From: Candidatus Fraserbacteria bacterium
GTDB taxonomy: Bacteria; Bipolaricaulota; Bipolaricaulia; RBG-16-55-9; DRXL01
Assembly (NCBI GenBank): GCA_037440025.1
Contig: JBBIUX010000006.1
Span: 11,296 to 75,295 of the forward strand
Direction of reading: 5' to 3'
DNA length: 64,000 nt
The translations under genes were made by a program, and so were the position numbers. The notes under the pieces are model-generated. The model saw only the letters and a list, made by a program, of their open reading frames with translations. It was not told the DNA's origin and searched no databases. This document shows, in pieces, positions 27,456-36,881 of the stretch (within the stretch, counting starts at the first letter, position 1; each line of letters opens with the position of its first letter).

Positions 27456-28952
27456 TTGCTCTTTCCAACACGAAGACGGGTTTTGCTATTCGCTGCCATA
27501 GCTCTGTTGGGAGCAGCTTTGGGATTTGGCGGTCTCTTAGAAAGCTGCCAGCCCCCCAATAAAGCGCCGTTAGCGCGCTTCAGCTTTAGCCCCAAAGAGC
27601 CCAAAATCGGGGAGACCGTCACGTTTGACGGCTCGGCTTCGCGAGATCCCGACGGCAAGATTGTCAGCTATCTGTGGGATTTTGGCGACGGAGCGACCGC
27701 TCAGAACGTGACGACAACGCATGCGTTTCAGGAAGACGGCGAGTACGATGTCATTCTGCAGGTAATGGATGACCGCGGCACGAGCTCTAATGTGGAGAAA
27801 ACAGTGCGCGTTGCTCCGCTCAACGAACTGCCTACAGCAAGCTTCACCGTCGCCCCCAGCGAGCCGAAGACAAACCAATCTGTCACTTTTGACGCTTCAG
27901 CATCGGTTGATCCAGACGGCACGATCACAGCTTATACGTGGGAGTTCGGCGATCAAACGACAGGGCAAAACAAGATCGCCACGCACGTCTATAAGACGGC
28001 GGGCACGTACACCGTGAAGCTCACGGTGACGGACAACAAGGGCGCGAAATCTTCGGCCACTAAAGGAATTACTGTTATAGAGGCTCCGCCCAACGAGCCG
28101 CCGTTTGCGAAACTTGACTTCACCCCCGCGACCGCGACGGTCAATGAGCCCGTGAACTTCGACGCTTCCGAATCGCGCGACGACGGCCAGATTGTCAAAT
28201 ATCAATGGGATTTTGGCGACGGTGCCAGCGGTGAGGGTCAGCAGGTCTCGCACACATATAAAACGGCTGGGACGTTTATCGTCAAGCTGACGGTGACAGA
28301 CGATCTCGGTGCAACTGGTTCGACCACGCGCAGCGTGATCGTTCGCGAGTCTGCTGTCATAGAGTCGTTCGCCGTGCCAGGGGAGGAGCCCAGCGGGCTC
28401 GCCTGGGACGGGGAGAACTTCTGGCTGGCTGATATAGACAGCGAGAAGATCTATAAGCTCGATAAAGCCGGGAAGATTCTAAGCTCGTTCGCTGCCCCAG
28501 GGAGCACGCCGACCGGGCTGGCCTGGGATGGGGAGAACTTGTGGGTTGCCGATAGCCTGGATGCACGGATTTATAAAGTCAATCCCCAGAATGGAAAAGT
28601 CACCGGCGCTTTTGATCTCCCCAACTCCGATCCCCAAGGGCTCGCCTGGGATGGCGAGAATCTCTGGGTGATGGACGCCGACACGGGGAAGCTCGAAAAG
28701 CTCGACTCCAACGGGGATGTGCTCGAATCGTTTGACTCCCCCGGCGACTCCCCGGCAGGCCTTACCTGGGACGGCAAAAATCTATGGATGAGTGACAGCG
28801 ATGCCGGGTTAATCAAAATTGACCCAGCGACGGGCAAACAGATCAGCACCGTCAAAGCCCCCGGTCCCGACCCGCGCGGCCTGGCTTGGGATGGGACGTA
28901 TCTGTGGGTCGTGGATGGTGAGGACCTCAAAGTCTATCGGGTGGCGCCATGA
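27456..28952 (+). CDS. Lipoprotein with three PKD domains and a beta-propeller of ~6 'GLAWDGENLWV' blades
   Basis: VTFDGSASRDPDGKIVSYLWDFGDG x3; periodic P.GLAWDG.NLWV.D x6; TTG start, LLESC lipobox-like. Confidence 0.6.
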   Translation: MLFPTRRRVLLFAAIALLGAALGFGGLLESCQPPNKAPLARFSFSPKEPKIGETVTFDGSASRDPDGKIVSYLWDFGDGATAQNVTTTHAFQEDGEYDVILQVMDDRGTSSNVEKTVRVAPLNELPTASFTVAPSEPKTNQSVTFDASASVDPDGTITAYTWEFGDQTTGQNKIATHVYKTAGTYTVKLTVTDNKGAKSSATKGITVIEAPPNEPPFAKLDFTPATATVNEPVNFDASESRDDGQIVKYQWDFGDGASGEGQQVSHTYKTAGTFIVKLTVTDDLGATGSTTRSVIVRESAVIESFAVPGEEPSGLAWDGENFWLADIDSEKIYKLDKAGKILSSFAAPGSTPTGLAWDGENLWVADSLDARIYKVNPQNGKVTGAFDLPNSDPQGLAWDGENLWVMDADTGKLEKLDSNGDVLESFDSPGDSPAGLTWDGKNLWMSDSDAGLIKIDPATGKQISTVKAPGPDPRGLAWDGTYLWVVDGEDLKVYRVAP

Positions 28953-31147
28953 AGTTTTTCAGTCTTTTGGGGATCGGGCTGTTGGCGCTTTCTGTCGGTG
29001 CTGGTGCCCAGACGGGACCGCCGCCAGCCAAATTTGCTTATGACCAACTCGAAAGCCGGCTCGTTGAAGTCGCCCAACGCACCGGAGACAGAACAGCTTG
29101 GGCGCTGCAACACGGGATTCGCTTGGAATCGGGTACCGTGAGCGTCATTCTTGAAAGCGATCAGGTCCGTGAGCAGTCTCTTACGGCGCTCGGCGCTCAG
29201 ATTGAGGCCCGATCTTCCCGTCTGGTGCGCGTGCGCGTGCCCGCTGAAAAGCTCTTTGAACTGGCAGAGAGTTTGCCCCAGAGCGCCTATGTGCGGCTCC
29301 CGCTGCGTCCCTGGGGTGCAACAATCGAAGGTCTCCAGGTGACCGGTGCGAGCGGGTTTCACGCCCAAGGTGTTCGTGGCCAGGGGGTGCGCGTGGCCGT
29401 GATAGATATCGGGTTTTCGGGGCTCTCCGCGGCCATCGCTGCGGGCCGGATTGCTCACGTCGTCTTTCACAAAGACTACACGGGGCTGGGGATGGAAGGT
29501 GGCGACGAACCCCATGGAACAGATGTGACAGAGATTCTCTCCGCCATGGCCCCGGAGGCCGAGTTCTTACTCTATCGAATCACAGATGAAGTTGATTTAG
29601 AGAACGCCGTGGAAGACGCGCTGCAGCGCGGTGTCGAGATTATCAATCACTCGGTCGGCTGGGTGAACACCGATTTTGGCGACGGGACGGGACTGATCGC
29701 ACAGATCGCGCAAAACGCCGTTCGTCGTGGGGCCGTCTGGGTCAACGCTGCCGGAAACGCCGCGCAACGGCATTGGGCAGGGCTATGGCAAGATTTTGAC
29801 AGAGATGGTTGGCTCAATGTCGAAGACGAACGCGAGCGGCTCGCGCTCGAAGTCGAGGCCGGCGACACTATAGAGATCTTTCTGACGTGGGACGAATGGC
29901 CTCGGGCGCGTACGGACTATGATCTCTATCTGTTCTACGATCTTAATGGCGATGGGCAGCTCGATGCCGAAATGGAGATAGTCGCCTCTTCGGTCAATCG
30001 CCAAAGCGGCAGACAGCCCCCAACAGAGAGCATCGAATATCTCGCTCCCCTGCCCGGGCACTATGCTATTGCCGTTGGAGGCCCACCGGAGGCAGCGGGG
30101 AGCGCATTGGAGATTTTCAGCTTTAATCACGACCTGACACCGGCGGTTGCCGCGGGGAGTCTGTTGGCTCCGGCGCAGGCTCCCGACGTGATCGCCGTGG
30201 GTGCTGTAGATTACCAAGAGTATACCCAGGGCACGATCGAGCCTTTTAGCTCCCAAGGGCCGACCAGTGATGGCCGAATGAAACCCGATCTGGCGGCCCC
30301 CGACGGCGTGCTGGTCTCTACAGGGCGCTTCTTTGGGACCTCGGCGTCAGCCCCATTTGTTGCTGGTGCCGCAGCGCTTCTGCTCTCTCTTGAGCCTAAC
30401 TTAAGCCCGGCTCAACTGCGCGTGCGCCTGCTCGCGCAGACTGCTGACGTTGGTCCTGTTGGGGCGGACAACGTTTTTGGCGCGGGCAAGCTGCTATTGC
30501 GCTTTAATACGCAACCGTCGGTTCCCGAACCTGCCGTTTCACAGCTTGATGTAGAGGCGAAGACCAGTGAATTGAAGTGCAAGGAGGGCAAGACAAAGAC
30601 CCTGAGATTCAAAGCGGAAAACACCAGCGATGATGACATTGAAATTGACGAAACCCTCATCGCTACGAATGCCTATTTCGAGCGTGATAGGGACAAGGCA
30701 GCCGGCAAGGTCGTGAAGGCAGACAAGAAGAAGACTCTGTCTGTCAAGGTGGAGTGTCTGCAGACAGAGACCCTCAGCAAGAGCGAATACGAGCAGTATG
30801 TGAGCTTCAGGACCGACGAAGGCGGAGGCCGGATTGCTTATGCTTATCCATCGGGCGTTGGCTCGGTGGTCGCTACGGCTTTGAGTGTCAATGGCGTGCG
30901 GCTCTCCAAGAGCAGAGCGATCTTCGACGTGCAGGGTGCCCCCTTGGCCCAGGTGCAGGTCTTCAGCCTGAGCGGCAAGATGGTCTACGATAGCGGCATG
31001 GTCGCGAGCAGCTCACTCTCCTGGAACCTGCTCAATGAGTCCGGGCAGCGCGTGCCCAATGGCGTCTATCTCTATGTCGTGACGATGCAGGCGCCCGATG
31101 GCCGGTTGGTCAAGAGCAAGATCCAGAAGCTAGTCGTGTTGAGATAG
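28949..31147 (+). CDS. Subtilisin-like S8 serine peptidase with T9SS type-A C-terminal sorting domain
   Basis: D (VAVIDIG), H (HGTDV), S (GTSASAPFVAGAAALL) catalytic motifs; C-terminus VQVFSLSGKMV...NGVYLYVVTMQAPDGRLVKSKIQKLVVLR. Confidence 0.8.
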   Translation: MKFFSLLGIGLLALSVGAGAQTGPPPAKFAYDQLESRLVEVAQRTGDRTAWALQHGIRLESGTVSVILESDQVREQSLTALGAQIEARSSRLVRVRVPAEKLFELAESLPQSAYVRLPLRPWGATIEGLQVTGASGFHAQGVRGQGVRVAVIDIGFSGLSAAIAAGRIAHVVFHKDYTGLGMEGGDEPHGTDVTEILSAMAPEAEFLLYRITDEVDLENAVEDALQRGVEIINHSVGWVNTDFGDGTGLIAQIAQNAVRRGAVWVNAAGNAAQRHWAGLWQDFDRDGWLNVEDERERLALEVEAGDTIEIFLTWDEWPRARTDYDLYLFYDLNGDGQLDAEMEIVASSVNRQSGRQPPTESIEYLAPLPGHYAIAVGGPPEAAGSALEIFSFNHDLTPAVAAGSLLAPAQAPDVIAVGAVDYQEYTQGTIEPFSSQGPTSDGRMKPDLAAPDGVLVSTGRFFGTSASAPFVAGAAALLLSLEPNLSPAQLRVRLLAQTADVGPVGADNVFGAGKLLLRFNTQPSVPEPAVSQLDVEAKTSELKCKEGKTKTLRFKAENTSDDDIEIDETLIATNAYFERDRDKAAGKVVKADKKKTLSVKVECLQTETLSKSEYEQYVSFRTDEGGGRIAYAYPSGVGSVVATALSVNGVRLSKSRAIFDVQGAPLAQVQVFSLSGKMVYDSGMVASSSLSWNLLNESGQRVPNGVYLYVVTMQAPDGRLVKSKIQKLVVLR

Positions 31148-31170
31148 TCGTATAAAAGAACGGAATCGGA

Positions 31171-31295
31171 GCGCCCTTGGGGGGAGACCCCCGGGGGCGT
31201 TGGTTTTTGAATCACGGAAGGCGCGGAATCGCACGGAAAGCACGGAAGGTTTTTTTCTGTGTCTTCTGTGGCCTGTTCGGTGTCCTCCGTGATTC
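31171..31295. repeat. Family D terminator-like hairpin + family C hairpin (second copy of the promoter-bearing unit)
   Basis: GCGCCCTTGGGGGGAGACCCCCGGGGGCGTTGGTTTTTGAATCACGGAAGG... Confidence 0.8.
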
Positions 31296-31300
31296 AAAGT

Positions 31301-31329
31301 TTGACCTGCAGAAGTGCCCAGGCTATACT
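31301..31329 (+). promoter_or_regulatory. TTGACC-17-TATACT promoter (identical to 23579-23607); near-leaderless start
   Basis: ATG at 31339 lies only 9 nt after the -10 hexamer. Confidence 0.6.
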
Positions 31330-31338
31330 GAAAGGGCA

Positions 31339-31509
31339 ATGAACCCGAAACAGCGAGAAGTCTTGGCAGAGAAACTGATGGACGTCGCCAACTATGCAGC
31401 CGGTGCATTGCTGATCGGCCAGATCATTAGCAAAGAGTTCATCATGGCTTGGACGCTCCTGGGCGGAGCGATTTGGTTATGCTTCTACGCGATTGAGGAG
31501 GTGCAGTAA
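31339..31509 (+). CDS. Small two-TM membrane protein (56 aa), cassette gene 1
   Basis: MNPKQREVLAEKLMDVANYAAGALLIGQIISKEFIMAWTLLGGAIWLCFYAIEEVQ; paralogue of the 25481-25702(-) product. Confidence 0.55.
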   Translation: MNPKQREVLAEKLMDVANYAAGALLIGQIISKEFIMAWTLLGGAIWLCFYAIEEVQ

Positions 31510-31616
31510 TGGATACAGTTTTGTTGCTGTTGCTCATCATCCTCGTGGGGGGACTAGCCTTCACGCTGCCCACGATCATTGGGGACTGGCGGCGGGCGCG
31601 CTCCGGGCATAAGTAG
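31509..31616 (+). CDS. Tiny single-TM peptide (35 aa), cassette gene 2
   Basis: MDTVLLLLLIILVGGLAFTLPTIIGDWRRARSGHK; start overlaps upstream stop (TAATG); paralogue of 25368-25478(-). Confidence 0.5.
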   Translation: MDTVLLLLLIILVGGLAFTLPTIIGDWRRARSGHK

Positions 31617-31701
31617 AATCACGGAAGGCGCGGAATCGCCACGGAGAGCACGGAAGTTTTTTCTGTGCCTTCCGTGGTTCTTTCTGTGGACTCCGTGATT
31701 C
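31616..31701. repeat. Family C hairpin repeat
   Basis: GAATCACGGAAGGCGCGGAATCGCCACGGAGAGCACGGAAG-TTTTTTCTGTGCCTTCCGTGG... Confidence 0.8.
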
Positions 31702-31707
31702 CAACGC

Positions 31708-31751
31708 TTGTACAGTGAGGGGGAATGGAGTACCATAACAAGGTGATCTCT
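31708..31751 (+). promoter_or_regulatory. Conserved Uma2 leader: TTGTAC-17-TACCAT promoter-like element + AAGGTGA SD
   Basis: Identical leader at 33303-33346; related TAGGATAAC-AAGGTGATC leaders at 26858 and 33918. Confidence 0.45.
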
Positions 31752-32312
31752 ATGGCCACCAAAGCCCAGATCAAGTTTACTTACGAAGATTACAAAAGCC
31801 TGCCCTACGTGGAGCGCGAGCGCTTTGAGCTCCTGGAAGGAGAGTTGATTATGGCCCCGTCGCCCAATACAGAGCATCAAGAAATTGCTCGTGAACTCTT
31901 CCGCCCTCTGGGGGAGCATATCCGTAGCCATAACCTAGGGAAGATCTATTTTGCTCCTTTAGATGTCGTGCTAGGGGAACCCGGCAACGAACAGGTCGTC
32001 CAACCTGATATTCTCTTTGTCTCTCAAGCCCGTCGCACGATTATCCGCGATGATGAGATCCGCGGAGCCCCAGACTTAGTCGTGGAGATCATCTCGCTCT
32101 CGACGGAAGAGAAGGACCGGGTTTTCAAGCGCCGCCTCTATGCCAAGTATGGCGTCCAGGAATACTGGATCACCGATCCCGACAGTCAGACCATCGAGGT
32201 ACTCACGCTGGGCAAGCGGGGCTACGAGCGGGCGGGACTGTATACGAAGAGCGAGACGCTGAAATCGCCGCTCTTGCCGGGCTTGCACATCCCCCTTGAT
32301 GAGATCTTCTAG
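31752..32312 (+). CDS. Uma2-family endonuclease-fold protein, paralogue 2
   Basis: Same N- and C-terminal sequences as paralogue 1 (~95% nt identity in 3' third), divergent middle. Confidence 0.75.
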   Translation: MATKAQIKFTYEDYKSLPYVERERFELLEGELIMAPSPNTEHQEIARELFRPLGEHIRSHNLGKIYFAPLDVVLGEPGNEQVVQPDILFVSQARRTIIRDDEIRGAPDLVVEIISLSTEEKDRVFKRRLYAKYGVQEYWITDPDSQTIEVLTLGKRGYERAGLYTKSETLKSPLLPGLHIPLDEIF

Positions 32313-32320
32313 AGGCCTTT

Positions 32321-32393
32321 GAATCACGGAAGGCACGGAATCGCACGGAGAGCACGGAAGAACGGCGGGTCTTTTCAGTGTCTTCCGTGGCTC
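32321..32393. repeat. Family C hairpin repeat
   Basis: GAATCACGGAAGGCACGGAATCGCACGGAGAGCACGGAAG...TCTTCCGTGGCTC. Confidence 0.75.
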
Positions 32394-32459
32394 CGCGAGA
32401 GTTCCGGGTTTTCAGGAGACGGCTTGAACGCAACCAAAGAGCGTGATAGGATAAGCTAG

Positions 32460-33088
<629 letters not shown>

Positions 33089-33110
33089 GAGAACCCAACC
33101 CAACGGAATA

Positions 33111-33295
33111 GGCCGCCCTTGGGGGGAGACCCCCGGGGGCGTTTGTTTTTGGGGGCCCTCACCCTGGCCCCTCACCCCTCTGGCTCCCCTCTCCCTCGGA
33201 GGGGAGAGGGGACGGGGGTGAGGGCCTGTGCATCACGGAACGCACGGAAGACTTTCTCTGTGCCTCCCGTGGCTTTTTCAGTGCGTTCTGTGATT
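33111..33295. repeat. Composite repeat block: family D hairpin, family B palindrome, family C hairpin
   Basis: GGCCGCCCTTGGGGGGAGACCCCCGGGGGCGTTTGTTTTTGGGGGCCCTCACCC...GGGGGTGAGGGCCTGTGCATCACGGAACGCACGGAAG... Confidence 0.75.
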
Positions 33296-33346
33296 CCAAC
33301 GCTTGTACAGTGAGGGGGAATGGAGTACCATAACAAGGTGATCTCT

Positions 33347-33940
33347 ATGGCCATCAAAGCCCAGATCAAATTCACCTACGAAGATTACAAGAGCCTGCCC
33401 GAATCTGAGACCGAGCGCTATGAGCTTGTAGAGGGGGAGTTGGTGATGGTTCCTTCACCAGATACAGAACATCAAGATATTGTCGGTAACCTCTTTCGGT
33501 TGCTCAGTGACCACGTCCATAAGCACCGGTTGGGCAAGGTCTACCTCGCTCCCCTGGACGTCGTGCTGGGGGAGCGAGATGAGGAGGAGGTTGTCCAACC
33601 GGATATTCTGTACGTCTCCTACCAGCGTCGGGGTATCATCGCCCGCGAGGAGATCCGTGGTGCTCCAGACCTGATCGTCGAGGTGCTCTCCCCCTCCACA
33701 GCTCAACGTGACCGCACCTTGAAAAAGAAGTTGTACGCACGTCACGGGGTGCAGGAGTATTGGATTGTCGACCCGAAAGCACAAACGCTCGAGGTCTATG
33801 AGTGGCGACCGAAGGGCTTCGAGCGTGTTGGGCTCTATGGTGCTGAGCAAACGCTTACTTCTCGTCTCTTGCCAACCTTACACATTCCCCTGAGAGAAAT
33901 TTTCAATGACCGAGACGGACAAGGTAGGATAACAAGGTGA
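33347..33940 (+). CDS. Uma2-family endonuclease-fold protein, paralogue 3 (3' end reads through the conserved leader of paralogue 4)
   Basis: MAIKAQIKFTYEDYKSLPE...; C-terminus ...DRDGQGRITR encoded by the GGTAGGATAACAAGGTGA leader. Confidence 0.7.
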   Translation: MAIKAQIKFTYEDYKSLPESETERYELVEGELVMVPSPDTEHQDIVGNLFRLLSDHVHKHRLGKVYLAPLDVVLGERDEEEVVQPDILYVSYQRRGIIAREEIRGAPDLIVEVLSPSTAQRDRTLKKKLYARHGVQEYWIVDPKAQTLEVYEWRPKGFERVGLYGAEQTLTSRLLPTLHIPLREIFNDRDGQGRITR

Positions 33941-33945
33941 TCTCT

Positions 33946-34509
33946 ATGGCCACCAAAGCCCAGATTAAATTTACTTACGAAGACTACAAGAGCCTGCCCT
34001 ACGTGGAGCGCCAACGCTTCGAGCTACTCGAAGGAGAATTGATCCCTATGACGCCATCACCCGGTGAGGCCCATCAGGCCACTTCCATAGCCCTGTCGTC
34101 CTTGCTGTACCGATTTGTTCGGGAGCATCAGGTGGGCCGCGTCTACGAAGCCCCATTTGATGTCGTCTTAGGAGAACCAGGAGAGGAGCAGGTCGTCCAG
34201 CCCGATATTCTCTTTGTCTCTCAAGTCCGTCGCACGATTATCCGCGATGATGAGATCCGCGGAGCCCCAGACTTAGTCGTGGAGATCCTCTCACCCTCGA
34301 CCGAAGAGAAGGACCGGGTTTTCAAGCGCCGCCTCTATGCTAAGTATGGGGTAACAGAGTATTGGATTGTGGACCCCGACGCTCGAACTATAGAGGTGCT
34401 GGCGCTGGGCAAGCGGGGCTACGAGCGGGCTAGGCTCTATAAAAAAAGTGAGACGCTGGAATCGCCGCTCTTGCCGGGGTTACACATCGCACTCAATGAA
34501 GTCTTTTGA
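33946..34509 (+). CDS. Uma2-family endonuclease-fold protein, paralogue 4
   Basis: MATKAQIKFTYEDYKSLPYVERQRFELLEGELIPM...; stop overlaps recG start region. Confidence 0.75.
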   Translation: MATKAQIKFTYEDYKSLPYVERQRFELLEGELIPMTPSPGEAHQATSIALSSLLYRFVREHQVGRVYEAPFDVVLGEPGEEQVVQPDILFVSQVRRTIIRDDEIRGAPDLVVEILSPSTEEKDRVFKRRLYAKYGVTEYWIVDPDARTIEVLALGKRGYERARLYKKSETLESPLLPGLHIALNEVF

Positions 34510-36874
34510 TTCTCGGCTCTCCCAACTGCGCAAAGTTTTGCAACTTGAGCAGCGCACCAGCTACCAAGACACCGCTGTCATCGGGGGCTTGGAGGGTTTC
34601 GTCGAGACGTGCGCACAAGAGCTGATGGCTACTCAGACTGAAGCCGTCGTTGCCATCGCACAGCGCTTGAAGAAACTCGTGCGCGGGTACACTATCAAAC
34701 TTCCAGAGGCCCGTCGCGCCGTTGTGCGCGAACTTGAAGATTGCTTGCGGGCTTTGGAGGCCCTCACCCCCAGCCCATCGTCATCCTCACCTCTAGCTCC
34801 TCTCCCCTCCGAGGGAGAAGGGAAAAGGCCAGGTGAGGGTCTACAAGCCTCAGTACGCTTCGCCAAGGGCGTCGGCCCCGAACGGGAGAAGTTACTCAAT
34901 AAGCTTGGCATTCAGACTATTGAAGACCTGTTGACGTACTTCCCGCGCCGCATCGAAGATCGCCGCGAGAGCAAAAAGATCATGCAGCTGCGACACAGCG
35001 ATAAGGTCACCGTCAAAGGGCGCGTGCGGGCCGTGGATGTCATCAGACCCAGAAAAAATCTAGAGATCATCAAAGCGGCCGTTCAGGATAATACGGGGAT
35101 TCTCTATGCCGTCTGGTTCAACCAGCCGTGGCTCAAAAATCAATTAGTGCAGGGCGAGCTGATCGCGCTCTACGGGGCTGTCGAGAGCACGCACGGCCAG
35201 ATGCAGATGAGCAACCCCGTCTGGGAGCCGGCTGGGAAAAATTTTCTCACGGGCCGGCTGGTGCCGGTTTATCCTGCGACGGAAAGGCTCACGCCCACGG
35301 TGCTCTATAGGTTAATTCAGAACAATCTCTCGCGCTCTCGCGATGCGCTCACCGAGGTACTGCCCGAGGACTTGCGGGCACGCCGGGGACTGCTGCCGCG
35401 CGCAGAAGCTTTTGAGAAGATGCACTTCCCCCAAACGGTTGACGAGTACCAACAAGCCCACGATACATTGGCGTTCGAAGAGCTCTTTCTCTTTCAATGG
35501 GGGGTTGCTGTAGAAAAGCAGAAGATCGGCGAGCGCCCTGGACGAAGCTTACACATCTCAAACGAAAGGCTGGACGAGTTTTTCGGAGTGCTGCCCTTCA
35601 AGCTGACGCGAGCGCAAGAGCGAGCGATTGCCGAGATCCGCGCCGATCTGGCGGCTCCCCAACCGATGAATCGGCTCTTGCAAGGGGACGTCGGCTCCGG
35701 CAAGACGGTTGTGGCGACGGCGGCATGCTTGATCGCTATGGAGTCGGACTACCAGGCGGCGCTCATGGCGCCGACAGAGATATTGGCGCAGCAGCACTTT
35801 CGTAACATTACAGAGTTGCTCGCGCGGCTGAGCAAGCCCCCAAGAGTCGTGCTGCTCATCGGGAGCCTGCCGGAGCGCGATAAGGCGTCTCTACGCCGGA
35901 CGATCCAGCAGGGCGACATTGACTTAGTGATCGGCACGCACGCGCTCATCCAAGATGAAGTGCGCTTTCAGCGCTTGGGACTGGCCGTGATTGACGAGCA
36001 ACACCGTTTCGGGGTCGTTCAGCGAGCCCAGCTCGAACAGAAGGGCGCAAATGTAGATATTTTAGTCATGAGCGCCACCCCCATCCCTCGAACGATTACT
36101 CTGACGCTTTACGGGCAATTTGAGGTCTCTCTTTTGGACGAACTGCCCTTTGAGAAGCAGATCCAGACATTCTGGATTTCCGAGGAGAAGCGCGACCAGG
36201 TCTATGATTTTGTCGTGCAAGAGCTGAAGACGGGCGCTCAGGCGTATATTGTCTTCCCCTTGATCGAAGAGTCTGAAGAGCTGGACTTGAAAGCCGCGAC
36301 GCAGGCGAAAGAAGAATTAGAACAGACGTTTTTGAAAGAGTTTCGTGTGGGGTTGCTGCACGGGCGCATGAGCGAGAGCGAGAAGCAAGCCGTCATGAAG
36401 CGGCTCGTCCATAAGGAGCTGGACGTTCTCGTGAGCACGACCATTATTGAAGTCGGAATCGATGTGCCCAGCGCGACTGTTATGATTATTGAGCACGCTG
36501 ATAGATTTGGGCTGTCGCAGCTCCATCAGTTGCGAGGGCGGATAGGGCGGGCCGGAGATAAGTCCTATTGTTTTGCCATCGCGACCCCGCGCAGCGAAGA
36601 GGGCCAACGACGGCTGCACGTCTTTCAGGGCACACTGGACGGCTTTCAGATCGCCGAAGAAGACTTAAAGATTCGCGGCCCAGGCGATATGCTCGGCGTG
36701 GCGCAGCACGGGCTCGACAGCACCTTCAAGGTTGCAGACCTGATAGCAGATATAGATTTGATGAAAGCCGCGCGCGAGGAAGCTTTTCAGTTGGTGCAAC
36801 AGAAGCCGGACGACGCTCTTACAGCCGAGTTTCGGCGTCGCTTCGGGGACAAGTTCGAGCTGGCAAGAGTATAA
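34496..36874 (+). CDS. recG: ATP-dependent DNA helicase RecG
   Basis: Wedge domain + SF2 helicase motifs (GDVGSGKT, DEQHRFGV, MSATPIPRT, QLRGRIGR); carries an in-frame family-B-like palindromic insert near the N-terminus. Confidence 0.9.
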   Translation: MKSFDSRLSQLRKVLQLEQRTSYQDTAVIGGLEGFVETCAQELMATQTEAVVAIAQRLKKLVRGYTIKLPEARRAVVRELEDCLRALEALTPSPSSSSPLAPLPSEGEGKRPGEGLQASVRFAKGVGPEREKLLNKLGIQTIEDLLTYFPRRIEDRRESKKIMQLRHSDKVTVKGRVRAVDVIRPRKNLEIIKAAVQDNTGILYAVWFNQPWLKNQLVQGELIALYGAVESTHGQMQMSNPVWEPAGKNFLTGRLVPVYPATERLTPTVLYRLIQNNLSRSRDALTEVLPEDLRARRGLLPRAEAFEKMHFPQTVDEYQQAHDTLAFEELFLFQWGVAVEKQKIGERPGRSLHISNERLDEFFGVLPFKLTRAQERAIAEIRADLAAPQPMNRLLQGDVGSGKTVVATAACLIAMESDYQAALMAPTEILAQQHFRNITELLARLSKPPRVVLLIGSLPERDKASLRRTIQQGDIDLVIGTHALIQDEVRFQRLGLAVIDEQHRFGVVQRAQLEQKGANVDILVMSATPIPRTITLTLYGQFEVSLLDELPFEKQIQTFWISEEKRDQVYDFVVQELKTGAQAYIVFPLIEESEELDLKAATQAKEELEQTFLKEFRVGLLHGRMSESEKQAVMKRLVHKELDVLVSTTIIEVGIDVPSATVMIIEHADRFGLSQLHQLRGRIGRAGDKSYCFAIATPRSEEGQRRLHVFQGTLDGFQIAEEDLKIRGPGDMLGVAQHGLDSTFKVADLIADIDLMKAAREEAFQLVQQKPDDALTAEFRRRFGDKFELARV

Positions 36875-36881
36875 TAGGGCT

